Positions 11,989 through 29,299 of a stretch of 64,000 bases of DNA are shown here, piece by piece. A model generated the notes under the pieces. It saw only the letters and a program-made list of their open reading frames with translations. It did no database searches and was not told the origin of the DNA. The first letter of the stretch is position 1. Each line of letters starts with the position of its first letter. The translations under genes and the position numbers were made by a program. This DNA is from Escherichia coli (lineage in GTDB: Bacteria > Pseudomonadota > Gammaproteobacteria > Enterobacterales > Enterobacteriaceae): NCBI RefSeq assembly GCF_003334815.1, contig NZ_QOWO01000009.1; one strand, written 5' to 3'.

Positions 11989-13180
11989 GCAACTCTGGCG
12001 CTGGCATGGCATAACCGGCGACGGCAATGCGCAAGATGGGATGCTATGGGCAGAGAGCCGTACTTTACTGCTTATGGCACTACAGCAACAGATGGTTACC
12101 CCACTAAGCCTGAAGCGAATCGCCATCAATTCTGCGCAGTGGCGAGGAGATAAAAGCGCGGAAGTCATTCATCAACTGGCGACGCTACTCAAAGCAGGGT
12201 TAACGCTTTCTGAAGGGCTGGCTCTGCTGGCGGAACAGCATCCCAGTAAGCAATGGCAAGCGTTGCTGCAATCGCTGGCGCACGATCTCGAACAGGGCAT
12301 TGCTTTTTCCAATGCCTTATTACCCTGGTCAGAGGTATTTCCGCCGCTCTATCAGGCGATGATCCGCACGGGTGAACTGACCGGTAAGCTGGATGAATGC
12401 TGCTTTGAACTGGCGCGTCAGCAAAAAGCCCAGCGTCAGTTGACCGACAAAGTGAAATCAGCGTTACGTTATCCCATCATCATTTTAGCGATGGCAATCA
12501 TGGTGGTTGTGGCAATGCTGCATTTTGTTCTGCCGGAGTTTGCCGCTATCTATAAGACCTTCAACACCCCACTACCGGCACTAACGCAGGGGATCATGAC
12601 GCTGGCAGACTTTAGTGGCGAATGGAGCTGGCTGCTGGTGTTGTTCGGCTTTCTGCTGGCGATAGCCAATAAGTTGCTGATGCGCCGACCGACCTGGCTT
12701 ATAGTGCGGCAGAAATTGCTGTTACGCATCCCGATTATGGGTTCACTGATGCGGGGACAAAAACTCACGCAGATCTTTACGATTCTGGCGCTGACACAAA
12801 GTGCAGGCATTACTTTTTTACAGGGCGTAGAGAGCGTCAGAGAAACAATGCGCTGCCCGTACTGGGTGCAACTTCTGACACAAATCCAGCACGATATCAG
12901 TAACGGTCAACCCATCTGGCTGGCGCTAAAAAATACCGGTGAGTTTAGCCCGCTCTGTTTGCAATTAGTGAGAACAGGAGAGGCATCCGGCTCTCTGGAT
13001 CTCATGTTAGACAACCTCGCCCATCATCATCGGGAAAACACAATGGCGCTGGCGGATAACCTCGCAGCCTTACTGGAACCGGCGTTGCTGATCATAACGG
13101 GAGGAATTATTGGTACGCTGGTGGTGGCAATGTATCTGCCAATTTTCCATTTAGGCGATGCGATGAGTGGGATGGGATAA
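11978..13180 (+). CDS. hofC: Type IV pilus inner-membrane platform protein, GspF/PilC family (400 aa)
   Basis: ORF track 400 aa, overlaps hofB end by 11 bp; polytopic membrane protein. Confidence 0.92.
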   Translation: MASKQLWRWHGITGDGNAQDGMLWAESRTLLLMALQQQMVTPLSLKRIAINSAQWRGDKSAEVIHQLATLLKAGLTLSEGLALLAEQHPSKQWQALLQSLAHDLEQGIAFSNALLPWSEVFPPLYQAMIRTGELTGKLDECCFELARQQKAQRQLTDKVKSALRYPIIILAMAIMVVVAMLHFVLPEFAAIYKTFNTPLPALTQGIMTLADFSGEWSWLLVLFGFLLAIANKLLMRRPTWLIVRQKLLLRIPIMGSLMRGQKLTQIFTILALTQSAGITFLQGVESVRETMRCPYWVQLLTQIQHDISNGQPIWLALKNTGEFSPLCLQLVRTGEASGSLDLMLDNLAHHHRENTMALADNLAALLEPALLIITGGIIGTLVVAMYLPIFHLGDAMSGMG

Positions 13181-13206
13181 CGCTGGCGTGTTGCTCCACG
13201 CCAGCG
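13181..13206. terminator. Bidirectional hairpin cgctggcgtgttgctccacgccagcg between convergent hofC and guaC
   Basis: Perfect 9-bp GC-rich stem in the 34-bp gap between two convergent stop codons. Confidence 0.6.
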
Positions 13207-13214
13207 TTGGGAGA

Positions 13215-14258
13215 TTACAGGTTGTTGAAGATGCGGTTTTCTTGTTCCTGCACACGAATAAACGTGGTGCGCTTGGTCAGCTCTTTCAGGCGTGAAGCCC
13301 CAACGTATGTACAAGCTGAACGCAGGCCGCCCAAAATATCTCGCGCGGTATTTTCAACCGGGCCTCGCAGCGGCAGCTTAACGGTTTTACCTTCTGCTGC
13401 GCGATATTCCGCAACGCCGCCAACGTGACGTTTCATCGCAGACTCGGAGCTCATGCCGTAGAACAGCATAAATTTCTCGCCGTTCTCCTCAACGATGCGA
13501 CCGCCGCTCTCTTCGTGGCCCGCCAGCATGCCGCCAAGCATGACGAAATCGGCACCGCCGCCAAAGGCTTTCGCCACATCGCCCGGCGTGGTGCAGCCAC
13601 CATCGCTGACGATCATTCCGCCCAGACCGTGCGCAGCATCGGCACATTCGATTACCGCAGAAAGTTGCGGATAACCGACGCCTGTTTTGACGCGAGTTGT
13701 ACAAACAGAACCTGGGCCAATGCCAACTTTAACGATATCGGCACCTGAGAGGATAAGCTCCTCACACATTTCACCAGTCACTACGTTACCAGCACAAATG
13801 GTTTTGGTCGGCCACGCTTCACGCGCTTTCGCAACGAACTGCACGAAGTGTTCGGAATAACCATTCGCCACGTCAATACAAACGAAGTTTAATGCCGGGT
13901 TCAGGTCGAGAATCTGTTTAGTTTTTTCGAAATCCGCATCAGACGTACCGGTAGAAACCATCACATGTTTCAGCACATCAGCGGAAGAATTGTTGATAAA
14001 CGCTTGCCACTCTTCGACAGAATAGTGTTTATGCACAGCAGTCAAAATATCAAAAGAAGCCAGCGCAGAGGCCATAGAAAATGTGCCTACGGTGTCCATA
14101 TTTGCGGCGATAATCGGCACGCCGGACCAGCTCTGACCTGAATGTTTGAAGGTGAATTGACGTTCCAGTTCAACATCGGAACGGCTTTTAAGAGTGGAGC
14201 GTTTAGGGCGGATGAGAACGTCTTTAAAACCTAACTTCAGATCTTCTTCAATACGCAT
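13215..14258 (-). CDS. guaC: GMP reductase (347 aa)
   Basis: ORF track 347 aa [32 protein letters not shown] family. Confidence 0.96.
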
Positions 14259-14482
14259 GTGCGGATTCCTGGGGTTAATGGCTATAAGGGTAAGAGCGCA
14301 ACTCCAGTGACGCTATCATACGCACTAATCAATGCGGCGCAAGACTGCGAAATTGTCTTTTTTTACGCTACAATCCCATAAATTTACCTGGTAAATAGTG
14401 AGCGAACGTTTCATCAATTTCGCTTTCGTGCACTCATTTTTAACGTTTTGATAATCATGATGAATTCCCGGGAATATAAATT

Positions 14483-15103
14483 ATGAGGTATATAGTTGCC
14501 TTAACGGGAGGCATTGGCAGTGGCAAGAGTACCGTTGCCAATGCGTTTGCTGATCTCGGAATTAACGTCATTGATGCCGATATTATTGCGCGTCAGGTGG
14601 TTGAACCAGGTGCACCTGCGCTACATGCCATTGCTGATCACTTTGGCGCTAACATGATTGCTGCTGATGGAACATTGCAGCGCCGGGCCTTGCGCGAGCG
14701 GATCTTCGCCAACCCGGAAGAGAAAAACTGGCTTAACGCCCTGCTGCATCCGCTGATTCAGCAAGAGACGCAACACCAGATCCAGCAAGCTACTTCCCCC
14801 TATGTACTGTGGGTTGTGCCATTGCTGGTAGAAAACTCACTGTATAAAAAAGCGAATCGAGTGCTTGTGGTGGATGTCAGCCCAGAAACGCAACTTAAGC
14901 GCACCATGCAGCGCGATGATGTAACTCGCGAGCATGTCGAACAAATCCTTGCTGCTCAGGCAACGCGCGAAGCCCGCCTTGCCGTGGCAGATGACGTCAT
15001 TGATAATAACGGCGCACCGGATGCTATCGCATCGGATGTTGCCCGCCTGCACGCACACTATTTGCAGCTTGCGTCGCAGTTTGTCTCACAGGAAAAACCG
15101 TAA
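14483..15103 (+). CDS. coaE: Dephospho-CoA kinase (206 aa)
   Basis: P-loop GGIGSGKST near N-terminus; stop overlaps zapD start. Confidence 0.95.
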
Positions 15104-15846
15104 TGCAGACCCAGGTCCTTTTTGAACATCCACTAAATGAAAAAATGCGTACATGGCTGCGCATTGAGTTTTTGATTCAGCAACTCACCGTTAATTTACC
15201 CATCGTTGACCACGCTGGCGCGCTGCATTTCTTCCGTAATGTCAGTGAATTACTGGATGTTTTCGAGCGCGGCGAAGTCCGCACTGAGCTGTTGAAAGAA
15301 CTTGACCGGCAGCAACGTAAACTCCAGACCTGGATTGGCGTGCCTGGCGTGGACCAGAGCCGTATTGAAGCATTAATTCAGCAGTTAAAAGCGGCGGGGA
15401 GCGTATTAATTTCCGCGCCGCGTATCGGGCAATTTCTGCGTGAAGATCGTTTGATTGCTCTGGTGCGTCAGCGACTGAGCATCCCAGGCGGCTGTTGCAG
15501 CTTTGATTTACCTACATTGCACATTTGGCTGCATCTACCCCAGGCGCAGCGCGACAGCCAGGTAGAAACCTGGATTGCCAGCCTGAACCCGCTCACCCAG
15601 GCACTTACCATGGTGCTGGATTTAATTCGCCAGTCGGCCCCCTTCCGTAAACAAACCAGCCTGAATGGTTTTTATCAGGATAACGGTGGCGATGCCGACT
15701 TGCTGCGCCTGAATCTGTCGCTCGATTCACAGCTTTATCCGCAAATTTCCGGACATAAGAGCCGTTTTGCCATTCGTTTTATGCCGCTGGACACTGAAAA
15801 CGGACAGGTACCGGAACGTCTGGATTTCGAACTGGCCTGTTGCTAA
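15103..15846 (+). CDS. zapD: Cell division protein ZapD (247 aa)
   Basis: ORF track 247 aa [24 protein letters not shown]; position coaE-zapD-yacG. Confidence 0.93.
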
Positions 15847-15855
15847 GGAGTAAAA

Positions 15856-16053
15856 ATGTCAGAAACTATTACGGTGAATTGCCCAACCTGCGGGAAAACG
15901 GTGGTGTGGGGTGAAATCAGCCCGTTTCGGCCATTTTGCTCCAAACGTTGTCAGCTGATCGACCTCGGAGAATGGGCTGCTGAAGAAAAACGAATCCCCA
16001 GCAGTGGCGATCTTTCCGAAAGCGATGACTGGAGCGAAGAACCAAAGCAGTGA
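15856..16053 (+). CDS. yacG: DNA gyrase inhibitor YacG, zinc-finger protein (65 aa)
   Basis: CPTCGK...CSKRCQ four-Cys zinc ribbon; 65 aa. Confidence 0.92.
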
Positions 16054-16060
16054 CATTTGT

Positions 16061-16268
<208 letters not shown>

Positions 16269-16272
<4 letters not shown>

Positions 16273-16658
16273 AGACGTTTAAGCTTCGCAATTACCGGTT
16301 CATTGGCTGGCGGAAAATCATCGGCATTAAGACCGACCAGCGACATCCACTCACCGGGTTGCCCTTCTTTACCCCACGGCTCCCCTTCCCAGCGTTCGAC
16401 CAGCCAAAACCACAGTGTTATATGCCTGTCCGGGAATTCATATTCCAGTTTTTCAAATAGCGAAAAATGTTGGGGGGTAATCCCGACTTCTTCCTGAAGT
16501 TCACGCACCACCGCCTGTTCCGGCGTTTCACCCATTTCAATTTTACCGCCGGGAAACTCCAGTTTATTCGCCATGTGCGCATCTGCTGCGCGACGCGTTA
16601 TAAAGATTTCATTGTTCTCGTTGCGAATAATACCTACCGCAATTTGCAGCTTTTTCAT
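16269..16658 (-). CDS. mutT: 8-oxo-dGTP diphosphatase, Nudix hydrolase (129 aa)
   Basis: Nudix box GGKIEMGETPEQAVVRELQEEVGI. Confidence 0.96.
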
Positions 16659-16669
16659 TGTCTTAAACC

Positions 16670-16698
16670 TATAAAAAAGGCGCAGAATCCTGCGCCTT
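16670..16698 (-). terminator. Hairpin aaggcgcaggattctgcgcctt plus U-run on minus strand, between secA and mutT
   Basis: Perfect stem with T-run on the minus-strand side immediately 3' of secA stop. Confidence 0.5.
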
Positions 16699-16717
16699 TT
16701 ACTTCAACAGTTAGCTT

Positions 16718-19423
16718 TTATTGCAGGCGGCCATGGCACTGCTTGTATTTTTTACCAGAACCGCACGGGCAAGGATCGTTACGTCCTACTTTGCGCTCTC
16801 CGGTTTGCGCCGCCAGTGCAGCTGCGGCTGCAGAGTCGTCATCCTGATGGCTAAGCTGCTGCATTTGCGCTAAACGCTCGGCTTCCATACGACGCTGTTG
16901 TTCCAGCTCCTCAACCTCTTCAGGCATACGTACCTGAACTTTGCTCAGCGTACTGATAACTTCATATTTCAACGACTCCAGCATCGCTGCAAACATGGAG
17001 AACGATTCACGTTTGTATTCCTGCTTCGGATCTTTCTGTGCGTAGCCACGCAGGTGGATACCCTGACGCAGATAGTCCATCGCTGCCAGGTGCTCTTTCC
17101 ACAGGGAGTCAAGCGTTTGCAGCATGACGCCTTTCTCGAAGTGACGCATCATCTCAGCACCAACCACTTCTTCTTTACGCTGATACACTTCGATGGACTG
17201 CGCCAGAATGCGCTCACGCAGCGTCTCTTCATGCAGTTCTGGTTCTTTATCCAGCCACTCGGCAATTGGCAAATCGAGGTCGAAATCGTTCTTCAGACGT
17301 TCCTGCAGCCCCGGAATATCCCACATTTCTTCCAGCGACTGTGGTGGAATGTAGGCATCAATGGTCGCTTTGAACACATCTTCACGAATGCTGTTAATGG
17401 TTTCGCTCACATCGCTGACATCCAACAGTTCGTTACGCTGGGAGTAAATGGCGCGACGCTGATCGTTAGCCACGTCATCATATTCCAGCAGTTGCTTACG
17501 AATGTCGAAGTTACGGCTTTCAACTTTACGCTGGGCGTTGGCAATCGCTTTAGTCACCCACGGGTGTTCAATGGCTTCGCCTGGCTTCATACCCAGTTTA
17601 CGCATCATGCCGGATACTCGGTCGGAAGCAAAAATACGCATCAGCGCATCTTCCATCGACAGGTAGAAACGGGAAGAACCAGCATCCCCCTGACGACCAG
17701 AACGACCGCGCAACTGGTTATCGATACGACGGGATTCGTGACGCTCGGTACCGATGATATGCAGGCCACCTGCTTCCAGTACCGCATCGTGACGTACCTG
17801 CCAGTCGGCTTTAATTTTTTCAATTTGCTCTGCGGTCGGATTTTCCAGCGCGGCAACTTCTGCCTGCCAGCTACCACCGAGCACAATATCTGTACCACGA
17901 CCCGCCATATTGGTCGCGATAGTCACCGCAGCCGGATAACCTGCCTGAGCAACAATCGCCGCTTCGTTGGCGTGGAATTTGGCGTTCAGGACGTTGTGCT
18001 TAATACCGGCTTTGGTCAGTTCGTTTGACACCAGCTCCGATTTTTCGATGGAGATAGTACCCACCAGCACCGGCTGGCCTTTCGCAGTACGTTCTTTGAT
18101 ATCTTCAATGATCGCCTGAATTTTTTCCGCTTCAGTCATGTAGACCAGGTCCGGCAGATCTTTACGAATCATTGGACGGTTGGTCGGAACAACGACGGTA
18201 TCCAGCTTGTAGATTGAGCTAAATTCGAAAGCTTCGGTATCAGCAGTACCGGTCATCCCCGCCAGTTTTTCATACAGACGGAAGTAGTTCTGGAAGGTGA
18301 TCGAAGCCAGCGTTTGGTTTTCGTTCTGGATCTGCACACCTTCTTTCGCTTCCACAGCCTGGTGCAGACCATCGGACCAGCGACGGCCCTGCATGGTACG
18401 ACCGGTGTGTTCGTCAACGATGATAACTTCACCATCTTTAACGATGTAGTCGACGTCACGGGTAAACAGCGCATGAGCGCGCAGCGCCGCCGTTACGTGG
18501 TGCATCAGCATGATGTTGGCCGGAGAGTACAGAGACTCCCCTTCATCCATGATGCCCTCTTTCACCAGCAGTTCTTCAATCAGCACCAGACCACGTTCGG
18601 TCAGGTTCACCTGGCGAGATTTTTCGTCCACCGAGAAGTGGCCTTCGCCCTGGAAGGTTTCGGAGTCTTCTTTTTCCTGACGGATCAGGTGCGGAATAAT
18701 TTTATTCACGCGTTTATACATTTCCGAGCTGTCTTCTGCCGGGCCGGAAATGATCAGCGGTGTACGCGCTTCATCGATCAGGATGGAGTCCACTTCGTCC
18801 ACCAGCGCATAGTGCAGTTTACGCTGTACACGTTCTTCAGGGCTGAACGCCATGTTGTCGCGCAGGTAGTCAAAGCCGTATTCGTTGTTCGTACCGTAAG
18901 TGATGTCAGCTGCGTAAGCTTCGCGCTTTGCCGGTGCTGGCATGCCCGGCAGGTTGATACCGACAGTCAGGCCAAGGAATTCAAACAGCGGACGGTTGTT
19001 TTCGGCGTCACGTTGCGCCAGGTAGTCGTTGACGGTAACTACGTGCACGCCTTTACCGGTTAGTGCGTTCAGGTAAGCAGGCAGCGTTGCGGTCAGGGTT
19101 TTTCCTTCACCGGTACGCATTTCGGCGATGCAGCGTTCGTTAAGAACCATACCGCCGAGTAACTGAACGTCGAAGTGACGCATACCAAAGACGCGCTTAC
19201 TTGCCTCACGTACCACGGCGAAAGCTTCCGGGATCAGATTTTCCAGCACTTCGCCTTTTTCCAGACGTGCACGAAACTCTGCGGTTTTCCCTTTCAGTTC
19301 TTCGTCGGAGAGTTTTTCCATCTCCGGTTCCATGGCATTGATGATGTTGACCACTTTGCGCATCCGGCGCAGGGTGCGATCGTTACGACTACCGAAAACT
19401 TTAGTTAACAATTTGATTAGCAT
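16718..19423 (-). CDS. secA: Preprotein translocase ATPase SecA (901 aa)
   Basis: ORF track 901 aa [26 protein letters not shown]-terminal zinc-binding [14 protein letters not shown]. Confidence 0.98.
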
Positions 19424-19484
19424 AATAAAATCTCAAACGCCCCGCGTTGCGGAGTTAATAAAATGAAGTAAAGGTTTATTGTTG

Positions 19485-20205
<721 letters not shown>

Positions 20206-20227
20206 TTATACGACAGTATAAATGTCG

Positions 20228-21166
<939 letters not shown>

Positions 21167-21245
21167 CTATCCAACCGAAGTGTACTATACATTCGGCGGG
21201 CCAGTTTAGCACAAAGAGCCTCGAAACCCAAATTCCAGTCAATTC

Positions 21246-22397
21246 TTAATCAGCTTGCTTACGCAGGAATGCTGGGATATCCAGATAATCCGGCTCTTTC
21301 GCAGTTTGCGGCGCATTGTCATTCACGACTTTAGCAACCGGCTTCTGCTCCTGGGTCAGCGGAGCCATCCCATGCTGCTGGTAGCGATCCATCACTGGCT
21401 GCTGAACCTGCTTATTGGTCACCAGAGTGATTTCAGGACGTTTGTCCATGCCGATACCTGTCGCAACAACGGTTACGCGCAGCTCGTCATTCATATCCGG
21501 GTCAAGAGAAGTACCGATAACCACAGTCGCGTTGTCGGAAGCAAATGCACGGATGGTGTTACCTACCGTTTCGAACTCATCCAGACGCAGGTCGAAGCCC
21601 GCCGTGATGTTAACCAGCACGCCGCGCGCGCCAGACAGGTCGATATCTTCCAGCAGCGGAGAAGAGATAGCCATTTCAGCAGCTTCTTCCGCACGGTCTT
21701 CACCGCTCGCCACGCCAGAACCCATCATTGCGTAGCCCATCTCAGACATTACGGTGCGTACGTCTGCAAAGTCCACGTTCATCAAACCCGGACGAGTAAT
21801 CAGTTCAGCGATACCTTGCACAGCGCCTTTCAGTACATCGTTCGCTGCGCCAAACGCATCCAGCAGGGAGATACCGCGGCCCAGAACTTTCAGCAGTTTG
21901 TCGTTCGGGATAGTGATCAGAGAGTCCACATGCTTGGACAGTTCAGTGATCCCCTGCTCCGCGAATGCCATACGCTTCTTGCCTTCAAAGTTGAAAGGCT
22001 TAGTGACGACAGCAACGGTCAGGATACCCAAATCTTTTGCCACTTCAGCGACGACTGGTGCTGCACCTGTACCGGTACCACCACCCATACCCGCAGCAAT
22101 AAAGACCATGTCTGCACCTTCCAGCGCCGCACGCAATGCATCGCGATCCTCATCAGCCGCATTGCGGCCAACTTCTGGATTAGCGCCAGCGCCCAGTCCT
22201 TTGGTGATACCGCTACCGATTTGAATCGTCTGTCCAACCGCTGTTTTACGCAGCGCTTGTGCATCGGTATTTACCGCGAAGAATTCAACACCTTCAATGC
22301 GCTCGCGCACCATGTGTTCAACAGCATTACCGCCGCCGCCGCCGACGCCGATGACTTTAATCACCGCGTCATTGGTAAGTTCCATTGGTTCAAACAT
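21246..22397 (-). CDS. ftsZ: Cell division GTPase FtsZ (383 aa)
   Basis: Tubulin signature GGGTGTG, N-terminus [26 protein letters not shown]. Confidence 0.98.
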
Positions 22398-22457
22398 AGT
22401 TTCTCTCCGATTTGTGCCTGTCGCCTGAGGCCGTAATCATCGTCGGCCTCATAAAAA

Positions 22458-23720
22458 TTAAAACTCTTTTCGCAGCCAACTATTGAGTCGCTTGATCCAC
22501 GAGCCAACTGATGCTGTAACACGTTTTTCTACTTCAGCTTCACCGTTAAGATGTGACTCTTTCCCATAGTGAAGCAATCCCACCGCCGTCGAATAATACG
22601 GCTCCTGAGCATAATCCGTTAAACCGGTAATGTTCAGCGGCGCGCCGATACGCACTTGCGTATGAAACACGCGCTGAGCACAGGCTGCAAGACCTTCGAT
22701 CTGCGCTGCGCCACCGGTTAATACAATGCCTGCCGCCAGGTGATGTTTAACCCCTTGTTGGCGAAGCTTTTCCTGCAACTGCAATATCTCTTCGTTGACC
22801 AGGTTGAGCAGCTCGGTATAGCGCGGCTCGATCACCTCTGCCAGTGTCTGACGTTGCAGACTCCGTGGCGGACGACCACCTACGCTCGGCACTTCCACGC
22901 TCTCATCTTTTCCAACGATGGAACCCAGCGCACAACCGTGGCGAACTTTAATCGCTTCGGCGTCGCTTGGCGGCGTGCCAAAGGCGTAAGCGATATCACT
23001 GGTCACGACATTGCCAGCATAAGGAATTACCTTAGTGTGGCGCAATGCCCCACCGGTATAAACGGCGATATCCATTGTACCACCACCGATATCGACGACG
23101 CAGACACCCAGTTCACGTTCATCTTCCGTCAATACCGAATAACTTGATGCCAGTCCGGCAAATATCAGTTGGTCAACTTTCAGCCCACAACGTTCAACCG
23201 CTTTGACGATGTTTTTCGCCATATCGTTGTGACATGTGATCAGGTGCACTTTTGCCTGCATCCGCACGCCCGAAAGTCCTACCGGATTCTTGATCCCTTC
23301 CTGATAGTCAATCGCATACTCTTGCGGGATCACATGCAGCACACGATGCTCATCGCGCACACGCACCGATTTCGCGGTATGGACGACGTTTTCCACATCT
23401 TCTTGCGTCACTTCTTCTTCAGAAATAGGCACCATACCAATTTCATTCTGGCAGCTGATGTGCTTACCAGAAAGCGCCAGATATACCGAAGAGATCTGAC
23501 AATCTGCCATCAATTCTGCCTGGTCAATGGCGCGTTGTACGCACTTGACCACGGATTCGAGGTCGTTCACCCCGCCTTTATCCATACCACGCGACGGGCA
23601 GCTGCCCACGCCAATGATATTGACCATACCGTCGGGCAGAACTTCCCCTACTAAAGCGGCAACCTTCGCGGTACCAATCTCCAGTCCTACTACCAGTTTT
23701 CTGTCCGTCGCCTTGATCAT
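22458..23720 (-). CDS. ftsA: Cell division protein FtsA, actin-like ATPase (420 aa)
   Basis: ORF track 420 aa; overlaps ftsQ stop by 4 bp. Confidence 0.97.
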   Translation of the reverse strand: MIKATDRKLVVGLEIGTAKVAALVGEVLPDGMVNIIGVGSCPSRGMDKGGVNDLESVVKCVQRAIDQAELMADCQISSVYLALSGKHISCQNEIGMVPISEEEVTQEDVENVVHTAKSVRVRDEHRVLHVIPQEYAIDYQEGIKNPVGLSGVRMQAKVHLITCHNDMAKNIVKAVERCGLKVDQLIFAGLASSYSVLTEDERELGVCVVDIGGGTMDIAVYTGGALRHTKVIPYAGNVVTSDIAYAFGTPPSDAEAIKVRHGCALGSIVGKDESVEVPSVGGRPPRSLQRQTLAEVIEPRYTELLNLVNEEILQLQEKLRQQGVKHHLAAGIVLTGGAAQIEGLAACAQRVFHTQVRIGAPLNITGLTDYAQEPYYSTAVGLLHYGKESHLNGEAEVEKRVTASVGSWIKRLNSWLRKEF

Positions 23721-24547
23721 TGTTGTTCTGCCTGTGCCTGATTTTGTTGCTGAGTAGATTCCTCTGGCGGCAAGGGCGCCCAGCCTACTGCCGCTCCAGA
23801 GTCATAACGCAAATCAACGTAGCTAATCCGTTTGCCATCGGTTTGCGCCTGCTGCTGTAAAACCGGATAAAGTTCTACAAAGCGAGCCAAACGTTTCATC
23901 GTATCGCCCCGGCCAAGATTGAGCTTAATATCGTTATTCAGCGTCAACTGCCAGGAACGCCGCGCGGTCATCGCCGCTTCCTTCAGAGTAAATCTGTCCT
24001 TTGCCAGCATCTGCCCCATTTCGCGATAGCCCTGCAACACTTCATTGGCGCTGCCTTCCGGGCCATACAGCATTGGAAGCACCTGCTTGCTGGTGCGTTC
24101 TGGCGGCACGCTGAAGGTATTTCCTTCCGCGTCTACCATATGTTGATCATTCCACCGCGCAATCGGCACATATTCAACCAGATGAATCTTCAATTCATCA
24201 GGCCACTGCTTTCTGACGCTCACCTGCTTAATCCACGGCAGGCGTTGTTCTATTTGCGTCTGGATGATGTTGACATCCTGGGTCATAAAGGTACCCGGCT
24301 CACCCAATGCCAGGATCGACTGCCGGATATCGTCATTACGTGTGTAATGGCGTTCACCGGTCAACACCAGCTTTGAGAGCGGCAGGCGTTGCGCATCTTC
24401 CATCCAGCCCAACACGACCCAGCCGCTCACCAACACTGTCGTTAAAACGGTCAGCAGGAAAAGGATCCCCGCCAGACGCGTTCCATTATTGCGGCGAGAA
24501 GAAACCTCTTCTTCGCTGTTTCGCGTGTTCAGAGCAGCCTGCGACAT
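23717..24547 (-). CDS. ftsQ: Cell division protein FtsQ (276 aa)
   Basis: ORF track 276 aa, single TM then POTRA-like region; position ddlB-ftsQ-ftsA. Confidence 0.95.
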   Translation of the reverse strand: MSQAALNTRNSEEEVSSRRNNGTRLAGILFLLTVLTTVLVSGWVVLGWMEDAQRLPLSKLVLTGERHYTRNDDIRQSILALGEPGTFMTQDVNIIQTQIEQRLPWIKQVSVRKQWPDELKIHLVEYVPIARWNDQHMVDAEGNTFSVPPERTSKQVLPMLYGPEGSANEVLQGYREMGQMLAKDRFTLKEAAMTARRSWQLTLNNDIKLNLGRGDTMKRLARFVELYPVLQQQAQTDGKRISYVDLRYDSGAAVGWAPLPPEESTQQQNQAQAEQQ

Positions 24548-24548
24548 A

Positions 24549-26937
<2,389 letters not shown>

Positions 26938-26990
26938 TCTTTACGCCATTAACTTCTTAAATTCATACGATGCAAAAGGCATCGCTACAA

Positions 26991-28058
26991 TTACGCCCGG
27001 GCAACCCGGCTCACTTCATTTGCCACTCGCTCGGTGGCATCCGGAATGGATGCAGCGCGGGCGCGTTCTGCCATGGTTAATAAGGTTTCTCGCGACCACC
27101 CGGCCAGGGTGTTGGCGACAGCATCCACGCTAAGCTGTGGCTGCTCGATAATTTTGGCTGCGCCCGCTTTTTCCAGCGGTAGCGCATTCCAGTATTGCTG
27201 GCGGTCTTTATGTTGAAACGGCACAAACAACGCCGGTAGTCCTGCCGCGGCGATTTCACTCACCGTTAACGCACCGGAGCGGCAAACGACGACATCCGCC
27301 CACGCATACGCCGCCGCCATATCATCAATAAATTCCGTCACTTTATGCTGCGGTTGCCCCGCTTCGGCATACGCCTGTTCAACGGATTGTTGCGAACCTT
27401 TGCCGCTCTGATGCCAGATAGTGACTGAATCACCCAGTTTCGCAGCAACCTGCGGCATTGTCTGGTTAAGAATGCGTGCGCCCTGAGAACCACCCACTAC
27501 CAGCACACGAACCGGACCTTCACGTCCAGCCAAACGTTGCTGCGGCAACGGCAGCGCCAACACATCGGTACGCACCGGGTTACCCACTACTTCCGCATTA
27601 GGGAAAGCACCTGGAAACGCCTGCATCACTTTGGTGGCAATCTTCGCCAGCCATTTATTGGTTAAGCCCGCAATACCGTTTTGTTCATGAAGTACAACCG
27701 GAATGCCTAACGACCACGCGGCCAGACCACCTGGACCTGACACGTAGCCTCCCATACCGAGCACCACGTCAGGTTTGTACGCTTTCATAATCGCCCGCGC
27801 CTGACGCCAGGCGTTGAAGATACGCAGCGGGGCAGCTATCAGTGCTTTTATACCTTTTCCACGCAGACCAGAGATACGAATGAAATCAATTTCGATGCCA
27901 TGTTTTGGCACTAAGTCCGCTTCCATACGGTCGGCAGTCCCCAGCCAGCGAACTTGCCAACCCTGAGCCATTAGATGGTGCGCAACCGCCAGTCCCGGGA
28001 ATACATGTCCACCGGTTCCGCCTGCCATCACCATTAATCGCTTTCCTTGACCACTCAT
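26991..28058 (-). CDS. murG: Undecaprenyl-PP-MurNAc-pentapeptide GlcNAc transferase (355 aa)
   Basis: ORF track 355 aa [26 protein letters not shown]. Confidence 0.97.
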
Positions 28059-29299
28059 CGTGAACCTCGTACAAACGCCTGCGCTTTCTCCAGACGCGTT
28101 TCATAATCAATACGCAACAGCATCATGATGGCTGTCGACATAATCAGTAAGCTCGAACCACCGTAACTGATCAGCGGCAATGTCAGACCTTTGGTCGGTA
28201 ACATCCCCGCCGCCGCGCCTACGTTAACCAGCGCCTGGAAGCTAAACCAGATGCCAATAGAACAGGCGAGAAAACCGGAAAAACGGTGGTCAATTTCTAA
28301 TGCTTTACGGCCAATCGACATCGCGCGAAAAGCGACGAAGAATACCATTAAAAGTGCCAGCACCACACCGACATACCCCAGTTCTTCGCCGATAATGGCG
28401 AAAATAAAGTCAGTGTGCGCTTCCGGCAGATACTCCAGTTTTTGTACCGAGTTACCTAAACCTTGCCCCCAAAGTTCGCCGCGACCAAACGCCATCAGCG
28501 ATTGCGTTAACTGATAGCCGCTGCCAAAGGGATCTTCCCACGGGTTCCAGAATGCGGTAACACGGCGGATACGGTACGGTTCGGCGAGTATCAGCAACAC
28601 AACCGCTGAAATGCCCATACCGATAATGGCAATGAACTGCCACAATTTCGCTCCCGCCAGGAACAACATCGCCAGCGTAGTCACAAACAACACCACCACC
28701 GTACCAAGGTCTGGCTGTGCCAGCAGTAACACTGCCAACACCAGAATCACGCCCATCGGTTTCAGGAAGCCGCGCAGGTTATTACGTACTTCGTCGCCTT
28801 TACGCACCAGATAGTTGGCGATATAGCAAAACAGCGACAGTTTTGTCAGCTCCGCAGGCTGGATACGCAGCAAACCGAGATCGATCCAACGCGATGCCCC
28901 TTTAACCGAGCTACCCACTACCAGGACGATCATCAGCAGGATGATAGATCCGAGCAGCATCGTGGCACTGTAGCGTTGCCAGAACTCCATCGGCAGACGC
29001 AGCGTAATGATCGCCAGAATAAACGCCAAAATCAGATAGACACCATCACGCTTCGCGAAGAAGAACGGATCGTTGGTTAAGCGTTGCCCTATGGGCATTG
29101 ACGCCGAGGTCACCATGATAAAGCCAATCGCCGCGAGGCCGAAGGTCAGCCACAGTAAGGTGCGATCGTACATGATCAGGCTGTCGGTATCTTTTTCCCG
29201 CGAGCCCATCACCCAGCCCTTTAGCGCCGTGGAGATCCAGACCAGGATACTGAATCCTGGCAGGCGCGGCATTTTCAGGCGAGGGAGAGATAAACGCAT
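28055..29299 (-). CDS. ftsW: Peptidoglycan glycosyltransferase / lipid II flippase FtsW, SEDS family (414 aa; an in-frame ATG one codon upstream at 29302 is also possible)
   Basis: ORF track; polytopic membrane protein; overlaps murD stop and murG start. Confidence 0.95.

Noticed and set aside
13181-13206. Inverted repeats at convergent gene ends (hofC/guaC, aroP/ampE, leuD/setA) as possible transposon ends or att sites
   Set aside because: They are single short GC-rich hairpins placed exactly between convergent stop codons, with no flanking direct repeats or mobility genes; consistent with bidirectional terminators.
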